From Octopus vulgaris (taxonomy: Eukaryota), in NCBI GenBank assembly GCA_951406725.2, contig OX597826.1:35154001-35218000 (forward strand): 64,000 bases of DNA, given 5' to 3'. Shown in pieces: positions 39,624 to 53,825 of this stretch. Position 1 is the first letter of the stretch, and every line of letters begins with the position of its first letter. A program made the position numbers and the translations under genes. Under the pieces are notes generated by a model. That model worked only from the letters and a program-made list of their open reading frames with translations. It made no database searches and had not been told where the DNA came from.

Positions 39624-40041
39624 ATGTTGCTCCTATTAAGATATGAACATCGCAGTTACTATTACACCACTTCACCACCATCTATACAAGCATAATGATG
39701 GTCATGATGATGATGGCGACGACGCTGACAGCGATGACAATGATGACTATGATATTTTCCTAATATTGTGTTGCAGAGAGCTGAGATCCAATTTATTTTC
39801 CCACTTAGGCTTTGTACCACTAGAATTTCTTATTGTTACATCCCTTTTTTTTCCAACTGTAGGTTGTGATTTGGCTGTTATTTCTAGCAAGCAGCAAAGC
39901 ATCGACTCCCTGATTGGTACTTTGAAAAATAATCGTGTGGAAAAATAAAACACTTTAGTGTACAGTTTAAATTGATTTCCATATTTTCTAATTCCAAATA
40001 TATTTAGTTTATATTTCAGATACAGAGGCACTTATCTAATC

Positions 40042-40125
<84 letters not shown>

Positions 40126-40424
40126 TAGATATAGATATATATATACATACGCGTATGCATACGTTTATAGGTTTAATAGTATGTACATATATATATATTC
40201 GCATGTATGTATTGATAGTTATGCATATATCTGTCTGTCTAACTATTTATGTATATATGTGAGTGCATTTGTGTGTGACTGTGTTTGTTGTGCGTATGAA
40301 TACAAATATATCGATAAAAATACCTGTCTATATACGTACGTGTATCTACCTTTTTATTCCTCCACTTCACTCTGTATTTTATATCTTCTGTATAATAACT
40401 AATGCTTAACCATTTTCTCGCACC

Positions 40425-40470
40425 GTCTCTGATGAAGGGATATATAAAATATCCCGGAAACATCTGTAAG
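40425..40470 (+). ncRNA. Near-intact type I hammerhead ribozyme motif (Penelope-type)
   Basis: gtct-CTGATGA-a-gggatat-ataaa-atatccc-g-GAAAC-atct-GTA-agac: stem I gtct/agac, 7 bp stem II, short stem III, GUA triplet. Confidence 0.65.
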
Positions 40471-41367
40471 ACCTTCTCTTTATAAATGTTCTGAAATCTT
40501 TCACAGCCTTGGATTTTTTTATCTCATTCTGTTTATATATACATGTGTGTGTGTGTGTGTGTGTACGTATAGATATGTTAGAAGTCTTGTATGGAAAGTT
40601 TCTTTTTTTCTTCGATGTTATTCCTCTAGACAGCAGACTGTTCTTATATGTCATTGTTTCCACATTAAATATTTGATATGTTTCTCTTGTAGTTTGGTCT
40701 TTGTGTGTGTCACCACCACTTGCTGATAAGTAAACTGTCAGACTATGAAGGTTGTGTGTCTAAAGTGATCACATGTTGCAAATACCAGTTGAATTTCTTT
40801 CATATTTTATTCAGCTTGCTGTCAGTGAAACATACTTATTATAACAAGAAGGATCATTGCAAGAATTTAGCGAAGTACACAGAAAGCAATGGAGAAAATA
40901 TACAACGAATGCTGATGGCATTACAATATTGCATTTTTAGTTTTTAAACATTCTGAGTTAAACTCTTGCTGGTGTTTTGCTTCGATCAAGTTTGCTCAAA
41001 AAAGTTATCAGTTATATATTATGGTTGACTTGATTGCCATTATCTCACCTCTCTTCAACGTTGTTAGAATTTCATAAAGATGCTTTAGGATATTTCGTTT
41101 GGCTCTTTATACTCTAAAGGTCATTAGTGTTACATTTAATCCGTCGTCCAAGTTAATACCATATCGTCATTGAGTGTCTTCAGTAAGTGTTCATCCTATG
41201 ATTAACATTTGGTCCAAAGCTCAACGAATTTCCCATAACTGTTTCCTTTCTTTTTCAGCAATAGGAGAAACTCTGAAGAAACGAAGTACTAAAGGCGTTG
41301 CCTTACATCAAACACCTAGCATTAAACAAATTACCTCGAATCTTGTCAAGATAGATATGGATAATAT

Positions 41368-41580
41368 TAGTTTCAAATTTTGGCACAAGGCCAGCAAGTT
41401 CGGGGCAGGAGTAATTCGATGACATTGACATCAGTGTCCAACTGGTATTTATTTTATCGAAACTGAAAGGATAAAAGGCAAAGCTGAACTCGGCGGAATT
41501 TGAACTCAGAATGTACAGACGGGCGAAATGTCGCTAGGCAGTTTGCCCGGAGTGTTAACGACTTTGCCAGCTCACCGCCC
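41368..41580 (-). mobile_element. SINE family B
   Basis: aaaggataaaaggcaaag..ctcggcggaatttgaactcagaa..ttgccagctcaccgcc. Confidence 0.85.
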
Positions 41581-41855
41581 GAAAGATATTTGAATAATAT
41601 TGACATTAGTCTACAATGGAGTAATGCCTCTACAATAAAGAATGTATACTTCTAGGTTAAGTAAAGTAAATGACAGTGACAGATGTTATAATTTATATGC
41701 TCTTCTGAGGTATAAACAACTAGATTAAGTTGTATAAATGCACTGAGATATTTAGTTATTGTTATTCATAATCGAAATGACTGGTGGATATATTTAATCC
41801 ACATAATTCCATAAAACGCAATGCTGATACATATTCATCTTGTGAAACAGATGGG

Positions 41856-41905
<50 letters not shown>

Positions 41906-41910
41906 CATGG

Positions 41911-41974
<64 letters not shown>

Positions 41975-43039
41975 AGAGATTTCTTTTATTTTTAGAGGTC
42001 ACCTTGATCAAGTCTACAAGCGACCAGCGATAAAAATTAGCCTCCAACAGTATCTTACCACGTTTGTACTTAGCAAAGAAAGGAAAAAAAAAAACTCTAA
42101 TGACGAACTACTTTACGTATCATAAAACGCTGAAAATAAAATTTAAAAGAATGCAGAACATACTTATCTTGGGAAAAACGAGTCCCAGAAAATCGATGTT
42201 TGGAGGGTAAAAACTGTTCGTGTAGTAACATTTGTAATAGTCACTTATACTGTCGTTCATGTTGACAGCAGATAGATGAACTCTGACCTATATCATGAGG
42301 TATGATTGAGTAAGAATGCAAGTTTGCTGTTAATTTGAACCGAAATGTATGTTAATCGTAGGCGAATACAGCATCAATTTGCTTCTATAGCAGGAACATA
42401 CTGCGGTATATTCGTTCTTTGTTATGTCTCTCTTTTCGAAATACTTGTTTTTGTGCTTACTTATATAATTATAAATATGCATTTCGAGGTTTAGACCCAA
42501 TTAGAGATAAATCAAACAGCCAATAATAATGAATAAGTTACGTTTCCTTGTTCCTGAGGTACTTGATGCCTATGAACAAAAAACACAACTATTAATGCTT
42601 ATTAAGAGTTTTTGAGAGAACCCGTTTTAATGAGCAAACGTAGTCTGAATTATCAAGTTACTTTAGTCTGTTCAATACATCATTAGGTAAGATAACCAAC
42701 AATATTAAAGAAAGTACACAATTACATCAGATGACCACCCAGTCAAATGGAAGCATTTCTACAGACATTAGAGACATTTACTACTGTGCAATTCCCGGTG
42801 AGTGTATCTCCTTCGTTATAAACCATTTATTTCTGAAACTTTTTAACTTTAATGTTTTCAGATTTAATACGATAATGTCTGCAAGTCTTAATCAGCGATT
42901 AGGCATAAAAGTAATTTCAACTGACCACAGTTTTAACACTTTTGTTGCTATTTTAATGATATCTTGTCACTCTGTTCCCGCCTTAAATTTACTGAGATGA
43001 TGAGACTGCATTATATGATTGCTAATAATGTATCATTTG

Positions 43040-43430
43040 AATTGGCTTGACTTGGAAGAGGTTGTGTCCTATGACAGTCTCAGACTCAAGACACATTAAA
43101 ACTATTGTGTTGATGCTCATCTTGATAACCTGGACGTTGATGGAAGTTTAGCAAAGCTGTTCAGGGGAAGGAATTTCAGTGGGCCAAGGTTCTGAGTAAG
43201 AATAAAACGATGTAATCCAAAGTGGAATATGTAGCTCTTGACAGTTGGACTTAAACAAGTCAATATATATAATTCTTGACTTAGGGCATAATTCTTGGCT
43301 TACAGGCAAATATAGCTTTAAGGTGGTAGATTTATAGTCTGCGGCGTTAAATTACTATTTCCCGATATTGATAATAACAAGTTTACTCGCTATAGTGTAT
43401 TCCTTCTAAGCCAAGCGGCGACATTTTCTC
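43040..43430 (-). mobile_element. Highly decayed CR1/L2-like LINE 3' remnant
   Basis: Minus strand FLLRTLAH*NSFP resembles the FFxRTxxxWNxLP terminal motif; otherwise poorly conserved. Confidence 0.3.
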
Positions 43431-44884
43431 TCTCTCTCTCTTCCTTACAATCAGATAAATGCCAACATTCTGAAATTGTAGAAGTTTCTATTCATCACGT
43501 TTGTTTGACTTATTCAATCATCTCCATCCAATCTATTGGTCTAAGTTTCCGCAGGTTCCAGATATTTCCTTAATTTTTAAGACAGCTTATTCATTTGTTC
43601 TGATAAACATAATTCTGAAAATATTAGAATGGAATTTTTTTGTTCTCTTCAATCACAATTAAAAAAAATAGTTGTATTGCAAAACTTATCTTCTACTTAG
43701 TACAGGCAACTATTTTTTAACTTCTTGTTGGTGAATACTGCATTTTAACTACTATGCTCTCAGTCTAACAGAAAATAAATTAATAATCGAATTCAAAAGA
43801 AAAATAAAACAATGAATGAATAGTGAAATGATGATAAAATTTACTCTGTGAACGTATATACACGTGTTAAATGTTAAACAAATTTGTTAAACAACATGTA
43901 ATATAAGACATCATTTGTCTCTTTTACTTAAATAAATTTGTAAACACATTGCGAATACAAAGAGCTCATACTTTCTCTATTGTATTCTCTATATAAAATT
44001 TTCACTTAGAATTGACACAACAGTTCTTATCTTGGAAATCTATTTTATTTGATAAAGAAAACATAACAAAACGTGAAGACAATTCTCGAAAGAGAAAGAG
44101 AACATAAGAAGCGTTAAAATAAAACCGTTCGCTCTGTTTAAAGAGCACAATTAAATAAATAAATGAAACGAAATCTAGTTGTTGTTTGCGTTATTATGGT
44201 AGTTCTTGTTTTAAAGACAAATCTTGATTATATTCATTTAAAGAATTCTTGGGAGATAATCTTCTTATGAAACTTTATCTCACAAATGATATGATTAAAA
44301 ATAGATTAATGTGGGCTGCGAAAACCTATTCATTCAAACGGTATTTAGCGAAGACAGAAATAAAAGGAAGGCAAAATACAAGTTAAGGAAATAATTGTTT
44401 CGTTCTTTAAAAGAGTCTGAAGAAATATTTTCAGTGTAAGTGTTTGGAGTTTGAAAGAAAAATGCCAATAAAAGAGAAAAAAAAATGTCTATTTCACAAT
44501 AATCGAAACGTGAAAATACCGTGTTGTTTGTTTCGAAATTGGTCCTTATCGAGTTGATATTTATGATGAAACATATTCCTCTCTTGAGTTATGGCTTAGT
44601 TTGCCGTCCCTGGACTCCGAGCCTCCGAGGCTGTACAAGCTTTTAAACTAGACCCAATGGTGCCATTCCCGTAACACCGTTGCCAGGGACGGGAGTCCCT
44701 TCATCCCCTCCCCCAGTTACGCTACTATCCATGATCATCAGTCGGTAAAGTGTACATCGGTGTGAATTAATCTCTTTTAAGATTACAAAGTGTGGATTGA
44801 GGGATATTTAGATTACATTTCTAGAATATCGAATCGTATCTAGAGGCAACCTACCTACTTCGTAAACCGAAAGGTATAATTCTG

Positions 44885-45085
44885 GCTCCAAGTTTTGGTA
44901 CAAGGTCAGCTATTTCGGGTTTGAGGTTAAATCGATTGACTTCAGTACACAACTAGTACGTGTTTTATAAAAAGGATGAATGATAAAGTCCAACTCGACG
45001 GAATTTAAACTTAGAACTTAAAGACGACAAAATATCGCTAAACATTTCACCCAGCATGCTAACGATTCTGCCATCCTGCCACCCA
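44885..45085 (-). mobile_element. SINE family B, degenerate
   Basis: aaggatgaa..aagtccaactcgacggaatttaaact..gctaacgattctgcca. Confidence 0.75.
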
Positions 45086-45162
45086 ACGGTTGTCTATAAT
45101 ATTAGGAAGTAACTCGAATGTGATACTTTCAACAATTTTACATATGAAACGATATTAAAAGT

Positions 45163-45510
45163 AACAAGAGCACTCAGAGAGCGTAAATCTCCACCAAGGC
45201 AACACCAACGTCCTCTCAACGATTAGACGGCGATGATCTTTAAAATGAGAATATCTGAAATAAACTCGACTGCTCTCAGAAATGAGAATACTAAAAGTGA
45301 ACCCGACATCTCTCAAAAATTAAGTAAAGAAACAGGAAAAATAATCCAGAATCCTTGTTTGGTACTAAATCAATCCCCAAATCTAATCAGTTCCTGCCAG
45401 TCACGAGGCCAAGCATCCCCTAAAGTTTTATCCGAATCCATCCAGCGGTTCTTGAGATCTTGTCCATGGACACACAAACACAACTGAAACAATACCTAAG
45501 GCGGAGGTAA
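45163..45510 (-). mobile_element. Non-autonomous Helentron/DINE-1-like (HINE) element
   Basis: Minus strand begins ttacctccgcctt and ends gccttggtggagat (sub-terminal inverted repeat), then hairpin cgctc-tct-gagtg, then terminal cttgtt. Confidence 0.6.
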
Positions 45511-46198
45511 TGAATGCAAATATGTTATGAGGCTCTACATATTCATGCTTTAAAATAAAAATAAGAACATTTATACAAAATATGATATTTCTATAGCTGG
45601 GATCTATAATTTCGTGTACAGTAGTTCATTAGATTAAACAGTTCAATATAATTTGGCGAAATAACTGAACAGTTCATAAACGTTTCATTGTGCTGAGTTC
45701 ATCTTCTCTGAATATATAATGTATTAGTTTGGCTGTGGAGAAATGAATGAAACGGCATTATAGTATTGTTAAAACTAAATGGACAAAATCAAATAATATT
45801 AGTAAAATGTGTGAGACTATAATGCCTTAAACTACACTAACATCAGCTCGATTTAGATGCTTTTGACTCTAGGGGTCTTCAAATGTTCTTAAGAACAATC
45901 AAATGTTTCTATTATGTTACAGACTCGTGTTATATTTGATAAAGAAAATATTGACTATCTGTCCTTGAATATTGACATGAAATATTGATTACATTAGAGA
46001 AATTGAGATAGTCAGTAGTAATTTCTAGGCAGGTGAAACCTCCAGGTCCCCCCTTTAGGATGATGGTTCAAAAGATATTTGCATGACATTAATAAACGGC
46101 TTTTGGCGATCAACTAATGCTAAGATATTACGAATTCGGAAGGAGAACACAATATGAAATTAAACTAATATAATTCTTGTTTGTTTGTGTGTATGTGT

Positions 46199-46288
<90 letters not shown>

Positions 46289-46766
46289 TGTGTGTACGTA
46301 GCAAAATTGGTCGAAAATGTACAGTGAAATCGCTACGGAGAGTGGGACAATCTAACGTTTCGGAAAGAATTCTTCTTCGGGAAACAAGAGAGATATTAAT
46401 GAGCCTGTAGACTTTTACTGAATTTAAATTACAAAACCTGGCAGCACCAAAGAGGATGTAAAACATTTTTGTCTTTAATTACTCTCCTGTCAGTAGTTTT
46501 TCTTTTCTAAAGATAAACTCTTTCCAAAAACTTGCATTTTCCACTTTATATCGATATTATTAACTTGCCGACGCAGACCAACTCCAATCTCTTTGGATTC
46601 TGTTTGATACACACATACCTTATGAGTAATATCTACGGGGTTGCCTATTCATAATTATCTTACCTACTACATACCTTGCAGCATTGTACAATATGTGCAT
46701 GTCTAAAGATATCAATGTGTCATTTTAAAAGATTTCACTGCAGCTCTCAATCTCTATCTATATATA

Positions 46767-46805
<39 letters not shown>

Positions 46806-47239
46806 AGGTGGATTTTGTGTGCATGTATTTGTATGTGCAAGTTTGTGATGTTGCGAATACTGTCTTTATGTCGCCGTTCTTCCGATATTTATATGGCTTT
46901 GGTAAATATCTGTTTGGCCATAACTACACAATTGCACAATGAACATAGCAAAGTGTAGAAGCTTTCGCTTTATGCAAGCCATACATTACTGCACATAACT
47001 TAGAGCAAATGGCTTTATGGACTCCCAATTTTGATAAATATATCCGGGGTAAATTGCGATTTGGAAATCTTTCGTACTTATGATTTATTTCTTGATAATA
47101 ATGTCTATTATGAAGTGCTAAACTCTCTCATCGTTCATTACCACACAGAAATATGGATGCAGAAGAATTATTTTCAAGAAGACAACGGAGGAATACAACA
47201 GAACTTTGTGACATCTCACATTCAACTGTATTTTGGCAA

Positions 47240-47458
47240 TAGTTTCTGAGATTGGCACAAAGCCAAAAGTTTTGAGGAGAGGGGATTACCCGAAGCCATT
47301 TTCGCCAGTACTTCACTGCTATTTTCATTTTATACATTCCGACAGAGTGCAAAGAAAGTTTTCGTCGGTGTTATTTAAACTCAGACCATAAACACCCGGA
47401 TCAAATGCCGCAAAGCATTTCTCTGATAGTCTAATGATTCAGCCAGCTTTCCCTCCTA
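47240..47458 (-). mobile_element. SINE family B, old copy
   Basis: ttggcacaaagcc...tttaaactcaga...ctaatgattcagccagct. Confidence 0.6.
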
Positions 47459-47949
47459 ACTGTCCTGCTGAGATTAAGCGAAGAGGAAGCGAAACAGATT
47501 GCTATGTCGCTAAATGAATAAAACGACTCGTTCATCTTGTATATCGCTTCCAATTCTGTATTCAGTTACCAAAGATATTTGCGAAACAAGTATTTAATGA
47601 TGTCAACACTTTTTACTCACTGTTGAAAATTATCGGAATATGGTCACCTAGGCGACATATTCCAGAGTTCAATTCATCATATAAGCACCGAAACCTATTG
47701 TTTAGTCTGGTCCTTATATAATCGCTCCCAATTATTCAACCTAGATTTTAATTAGTGTAAAAGTTTGACGAGCAGGTTTTGAGAGGTTTAAAGTTAAATA
47801 CAGATACGCACACAGAAACACACATAGTATATAGACACATACATATATATGTTATATATATTTAAACGAACATGCGTGTGTATATATATATATATGTACA
47901 TGTAAACACGCACATACATATATACATATTTATATGTATATATATATAT

Positions 47950-48045
47950 TCTTTTACTTGTTTTAGTCATTTTATTGCAGCCATGCTGCGGCACCGCCTT
48001 TAGTGGAACGAATTGACCTCATGACTTACTCCTTGTAAGCCTATC
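47950..48045 (-). mobile_element. SINE family A tail fragment
   Basis: cttttacttgttttagtca...gccatgctgcggcaccgcctttagt. Confidence 0.75.
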
Positions 48046-48061
48046 GTTTTCCTTTGCTGCA

Positions 48062-48364
48062 CCGATGATATCTGCCCTAATATGTAAATGATTATCAGCC
48101 TTTTAAAAAAAAATTAGCTAACAAACGCACATTCCACTTACTTTTCTGGGATGTCACTGTTTCCGTGGGGCTTACATATTGTAAATCTATGCATAACTTT
48201 TTCCCATTCTCTAAACTGCAAGTACTCTTTTCATGGATTTAATGTGTTTACATCAAAAATAACTGGTGAAATACAAGTGTTTCAATATGTATACAGACGG
48301 GCAATTGTCGATATTTGTATATTAGTATTTATGTTAATTGGTAGGTTATAGGAAACTCGAAAAA
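48062..48364 (+). repeat. Copy 1 of a ~305 bp local direct duplication
   Basis: ccgatgatatctgccctaatatgta...ggttataggaaactcgaaaaa also occurs at 49458-49766. Confidence 0.92.
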
Positions 48365-48510
48365 GGCAGTCGTGTATACATGTCAAGAGCAGGGCTCATT
48401 AACCACCAACGAAGCCGCAAATGCAAAATATATGTTAGTCCTAGAGCACACAATGTTCCTGAAGGTCAGCAATGGTTTTTCTCGGTCACGAGTGGACGGC
48501 CATCTTCATC
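48365..48510 (+). mobile_element. RTE-type LINE extreme 3' end
   Basis: SRVYMSRAGLINHQRSRKC resembles the RTE terminal SRxGLxxHxR motif; short UTR ending gccatcttcatca. Confidence 0.55.
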
Positions 48511-49457
48511 ACACATATATAGGTGGAGTTTATGGGGATGTATATTGCTCAAAATTTTTACCCACGAAATTGTCTTGAGAATGAGCTGGTAAGTTCGCTG
48601 CTAATCCAGAAGACATTAACATATGGTGTCATGTAGTGAAATCGAACCTGAAATACGTGTTTATGAAGTAAACTTCCTAAGCACACAACCATGCTTGTAT
48701 CACTGTAGCTCTTTCTCTCTCTTTCTTACTTTATGTGGTGTGTGTGTGTGTGCTTGTGCGAGTGTGTATATATATGTACGTTTGCAAGTGTGTGTATATC
48801 AATTTTTACTTTACTATTACAATCAACAATTGACATTTACAAACCTAATAGACAAAAAAGCACTTCGAATTTTGTTTATGCGTTAGTGATTAAATTAAAA
48901 CAAATTTATATGTGAACGTATGCGCATGCGTGCATAGTTGTGAGTGTGTCTAGATGTGCCCAAGTAGGTGTGTGTCAATAAACGTAAGCATGCATTGCGT
49001 GTGTGTGTATGTGTATGTATGTGTGTGTAATATTACAGGGAAGGCTATATTTATGTTCTTATAATATATACCGTTGATTTTAGAAAGTGTTTTCTTAAAT
49101 TGAACAGGAATGATCAGTCTTATGTAGAGATTACATAAAAACATAGCACGACTAACTATATTCATATCCATTAGGGGACAGAATCTAAAATACCCCTAAT
49201 AACAAAAACAAAAATAATTAAATGTAGGTAGGAGATCAAACTGAAGCCAACATGCCTCCAGGACACAGAGAGCATTGAAATGGACACATTTAAGAAACAA
49301 CAAGTCTGTTGATATTTCCATATATAACTCGGCGATCTTGCTTACGATTTATAGAAAATCAATGCCGTAATGTGTAGACTTTAGCTTGGGATTAAGTGCT
49401 ACATAGCACTGAATAGATACACCACTTCAATCTAATGCCATTCCATCTAAACCGTTT

Positions 49458-49766
49458 CCGATGATATCTGCCCTAATATGTATATGGTTATTAGCTTTTT
49501 TTTTAAAACATTAGCTAACAAACGCACATTCTACTTGCTTTTCTGGGATGTCATTGTTTCCCTAGGGCTTACACATTGTAAAGCTATGCAAAACCTTTTC
49601 CCATTCTCTAAATTGCAAGTACTCTTTTCATGGATTTAATGTGCTTACATCAAAAATAACCGGTGAAATACAAGAGTTTCAATAGTATGTGTATACAGAC
49701 GAGCAATTGTCGATATTTGTATATTAGTATTTATGTTAATAGGTAGGTTATAGGAAACTCGAAAAA
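49458..49766 (+). repeat. Copy 2 of the ~305 bp local direct duplication
   Basis: As for 48062-48364, with scattered substitutions and small indels. Confidence 0.92.
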
Positions 49767-49997
49767 TGAACAAACTTATACATACGCATATATATATACA
49801 TACGCTAGCAAACATAATCACTTAAATACACATAAGCACACGACAAGCCAGGCATGTATTAGGAAATATAAACATAAATACTTGCATACACACACTGATT
49901 TACGCATGCGTTTATGGTTGTAATAATGCGAGTACAAAAGTGTATTTGCACATTCGGCTTGTGTATAGTGTAGTACAAATAAAATTCATTCATACAT

Positions 49998-50042
<45 letters not shown>

Positions 50043-50768
50043 CATATACAGCCACTCGCACATATATCCGTATATATACACATATATTTGCATGTGTATA
50101 GAAACGCCTACATGCATATATACAGATAGACATAAACACATATATATTAATATATATATGTGAGTATATGTATCTACACAGACATATATACATAGGTTCT
50201 ATTCCGCAGTAGGTATATATATATACGTACGGACGCAGTCAATAAGCACAGCTGATGCATCTATACGAAGAAAAACTGATAAAAACAATGTATATTAATG
50301 CAAAAAAAAAATGAACAGCATATTTAGTTCCAATAAACAAATAAATATTTTAGAATGTAAAACAGTTCCAATATATCATTATATATGAGAATGTATCAGT
50401 ATTTACGCGATTATGTATTTTTTTCAACTTATATGTTTATGTCGTTATATAAAGGTGTGTGTATTTCTAAGTTCGTGCGTCAATAATGGTTATTTACGTA
50501 GTCATACACGCACACACATATACAGGTATGTATTATACGTTGATATGTAATACATCTGTATATTCACATTTGTGTAGGCTCATATAAGTAGAAATAGAAA
50601 TCTATGCTCAGTGGAATTCTGTAAAATGTGTCCTCTTCAAATATTCATACACACACGAATGCAAGCGCAGAAATGCATTTGCAGCGGGCCACATACATGT
50701 GCACACATTCGCACACCCATTATATATATATATATATACACTTTGTGTATATATATAAACTCGTACAT

Positions 50769-50813
<45 letters not shown>

Positions 50814-50852
50814 ATATATATGTGTATATTTATATGTATATATATGTATATA

Positions 50853-50901
<49 letters not shown>

Positions 50902-51382
50902 TTGTACTTATATAGTATTGTATTATATTATATCATTCATCTATAAATATGTATACACATGTTAACACAAACACATAATCACATGTAAATACTGACATAG
51001 CCGTACTCATAAATGTCATAATGTTATACCGATACTCTGGGGAATCGGTAATGATCATTTGCTAAGCTTTTACTACTTCAAAGCTTATCATCACATTCCA
51101 CAACTAGAAAACCAACACAAATACATGAAAATACTTACATGTTTGCGTATCCATATATGCAGAAGCCTTCATTTATATACACATATATGCATGCATATAC
51201 ACATATAAATGTATGTAGATGCCTTTGCATTCACATTGTATATTTCAACATTTATCCGAGTACCTATACAAAATTCAACTATGATATCTGCAATTTTCTT
51301 GTGCACGCGCGCATATACACACACAGACACATACGCACATACACATACGTATTTACATATTCACCTGATGTATGTGTGTGTG

Positions 51383-51413
<31 letters not shown>

Positions 51414-52190
51414 TCCTATATATATATATATATATAAGGATTCTTGCTTATTCAAATATACTCACATACATATATACACATAGAAAAATGAAAGAAGGGC
51501 ACTCGACACATTTATTGCCAGTAGCATTGGCTCTCTTCAGTCGAACTCTCATTCAAAACCCAATGGTCAAAGACTAGCCACATGCTTGAAACTCAGAGTA
51601 CCAAGGAGTCTTAATGAAGCTCCTTTGATTCGCTATGCTTGACGGCTAAATCTACAAGTTTTTCTTTCATTCCCTGTATATTTCCTCTTATATTACTATC
51701 TGTTGAAGAGCATAGACTCGAAACGTAGAAGATATTTCTTTGTTCTGTGTTAGTCCTGATCAAGAAATCTGTCAGTCTATGATCTGAGTTCTGCTTTATT
51801 TTGGGACAATTTATAATGTCTCCATAAATAAGGTTTTGATTTTTCCATTTGTTGCAAGGATGTTAAGATTTTTCTTCATACTAAAGCTGTTCATAGGTGA
51901 ACAGGACTAAGAGTGGCTGGTAACTAAAGTCGTATGGAATGAAATGGAATATCGTTTCCTGAACCTGTGTTATGGAGAGTGTGTAACAGAGAGAGAGAGA
52001 CAGACATACAGGCAGGTAAAGAAATTATAGTCTTTTATTTCTAACAACAAGAAAAAGCTTCTCCTTGAGACGCAGATTTCGAAAATCAGATCAATTCATT
52101 CTTTAGAACGCACCCTTTCGGAGCTTTTCAATGACATACACGCATATACATACACACATTTACCCTCACTTACATAGCATATAGCTTATA

Positions 52191-52242
<52 letters not shown>

Positions 52243-52268
52243 AATGTCTGTATATTTATAGATGTATT

Positions 52269-52304
<36 letters not shown>

Positions 52305-53645
52305 TATAAATGTCTGTATATTTATATATGTATTTGTGTATGTATGTATGTATATATATATATATATATATACACACGAACATATGTATTTATGTATCTA
52401 AGTGCACATATACTTCCACGATCAGATTCAGAAAAGATCACGAATGCAACACACAGATTCGTCTTCTTAACTGAATAGATGTCATGTTATATCTTATTAT
52501 TTGGAGATGAGTTTTATATAGGCTAGGAAAAGCATTAACATCACCTCCTGCTCTTCCCTGAAGGCAGACAGGTAAAAGTATAAGGTAGAGATTTAAAATG
52601 GAAATTGTTATTCAGTCTGATTGGTTTCTGGGACAGTGAACAAATCTTGTCAGACAGGAAACACTGCAGACATGTGGCATCTTATTTCTTGTTTTTTGTT
52701 GTTGTTGTTGTTGTTGTTGTTTTAGCTTCTTTCATCCATTTATCAATATTTACATGCGATATATCTACTGCAAACATGCCCAGAAAAACGGTAATCTGGA
52801 TTCTCGTGGCTTTTGCATCATAATAAAATACCTGAATAAATAGAATGAAACAAATAAAGACCTGTACACTTGCCACTAGAAGCTTAGACAAAGTAGAAGA
52901 TCTGATTGTTATTAGCAAAACAAAACATTTCATTCACCCAACATCCTGGAAACAAAAGAAAAGAATAATAAAAGAGAAAGAAACAAGGAAATCTATTGTT
53001 ATGTGGAAGCGTTTTAGTCTTCTTCAGAAGATCTACGAGATTGGATTTAGTGTTTTTATGCACAAACTATTCACTTAGAAGAAGATGGCATATTCGGTAG
53101 ATCTCTTGTATTCTCAGGCACCAAGAATATTTACTAAAGTTAAATTTAGCAGAATGTTGGATTTTACTGTATTTGCTTCTGTGAACGGTCTGTTGAAATT
53201 CCATTGTGACATGTTCTTTCATGTTTCTTGGAGAGGTATTGGTAATGGACGCTCACGAGAATAATGCTAGAAGGAATATGGAAAGCAACGTGTACCTAGC
53301 GACATATGGACAAATGTATGAAACTGGTAACAAATACCACAATATATACCGGAAAAATCTGTTTCTGATTGAGTTATTACGAAGATATATCTTTTTGTAG
53401 AAAATCTTTGAAATACTAAATAACATGGAGCAAATTCGAAATACAAATAAATTGTCTTTTCCTTTTTATAGAAATGCATATGTTTGACTGTGCACGTGCA
53501 TGTGAGTATTTATATACAAATGCATCTATGCGTACATACACAATATAACATTATGAGAAATTATATGTAATTGATTCATGGTTAATAATATATATTCACA
53601 TACATATGCATGTATACATACATATATATATATATACACTTTAAT

Positions 53646-53825
53646 TAAAAGAAGCAGAAATATCACAAAAACTGTTATCAGAGATTCACGTTCCCGTTCT
53701 TAACGTGAAACTCTGAGTAACAGTTTTTGTGACATTTCTGCTGCTTTTAAGTAAAGCATATTACTCTACCTCTGGTGTTTGAGTACTCTTTTTTCCACCT
53801 TGTTTCACATTTATGTGCTTACTCC

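Noticed and set aside
43659-43720. Inverted repeat aaaaaatagttg/caactatttttt
   Set aside because: Largely A/T runs; plausible by chance in AT-rich DNA.
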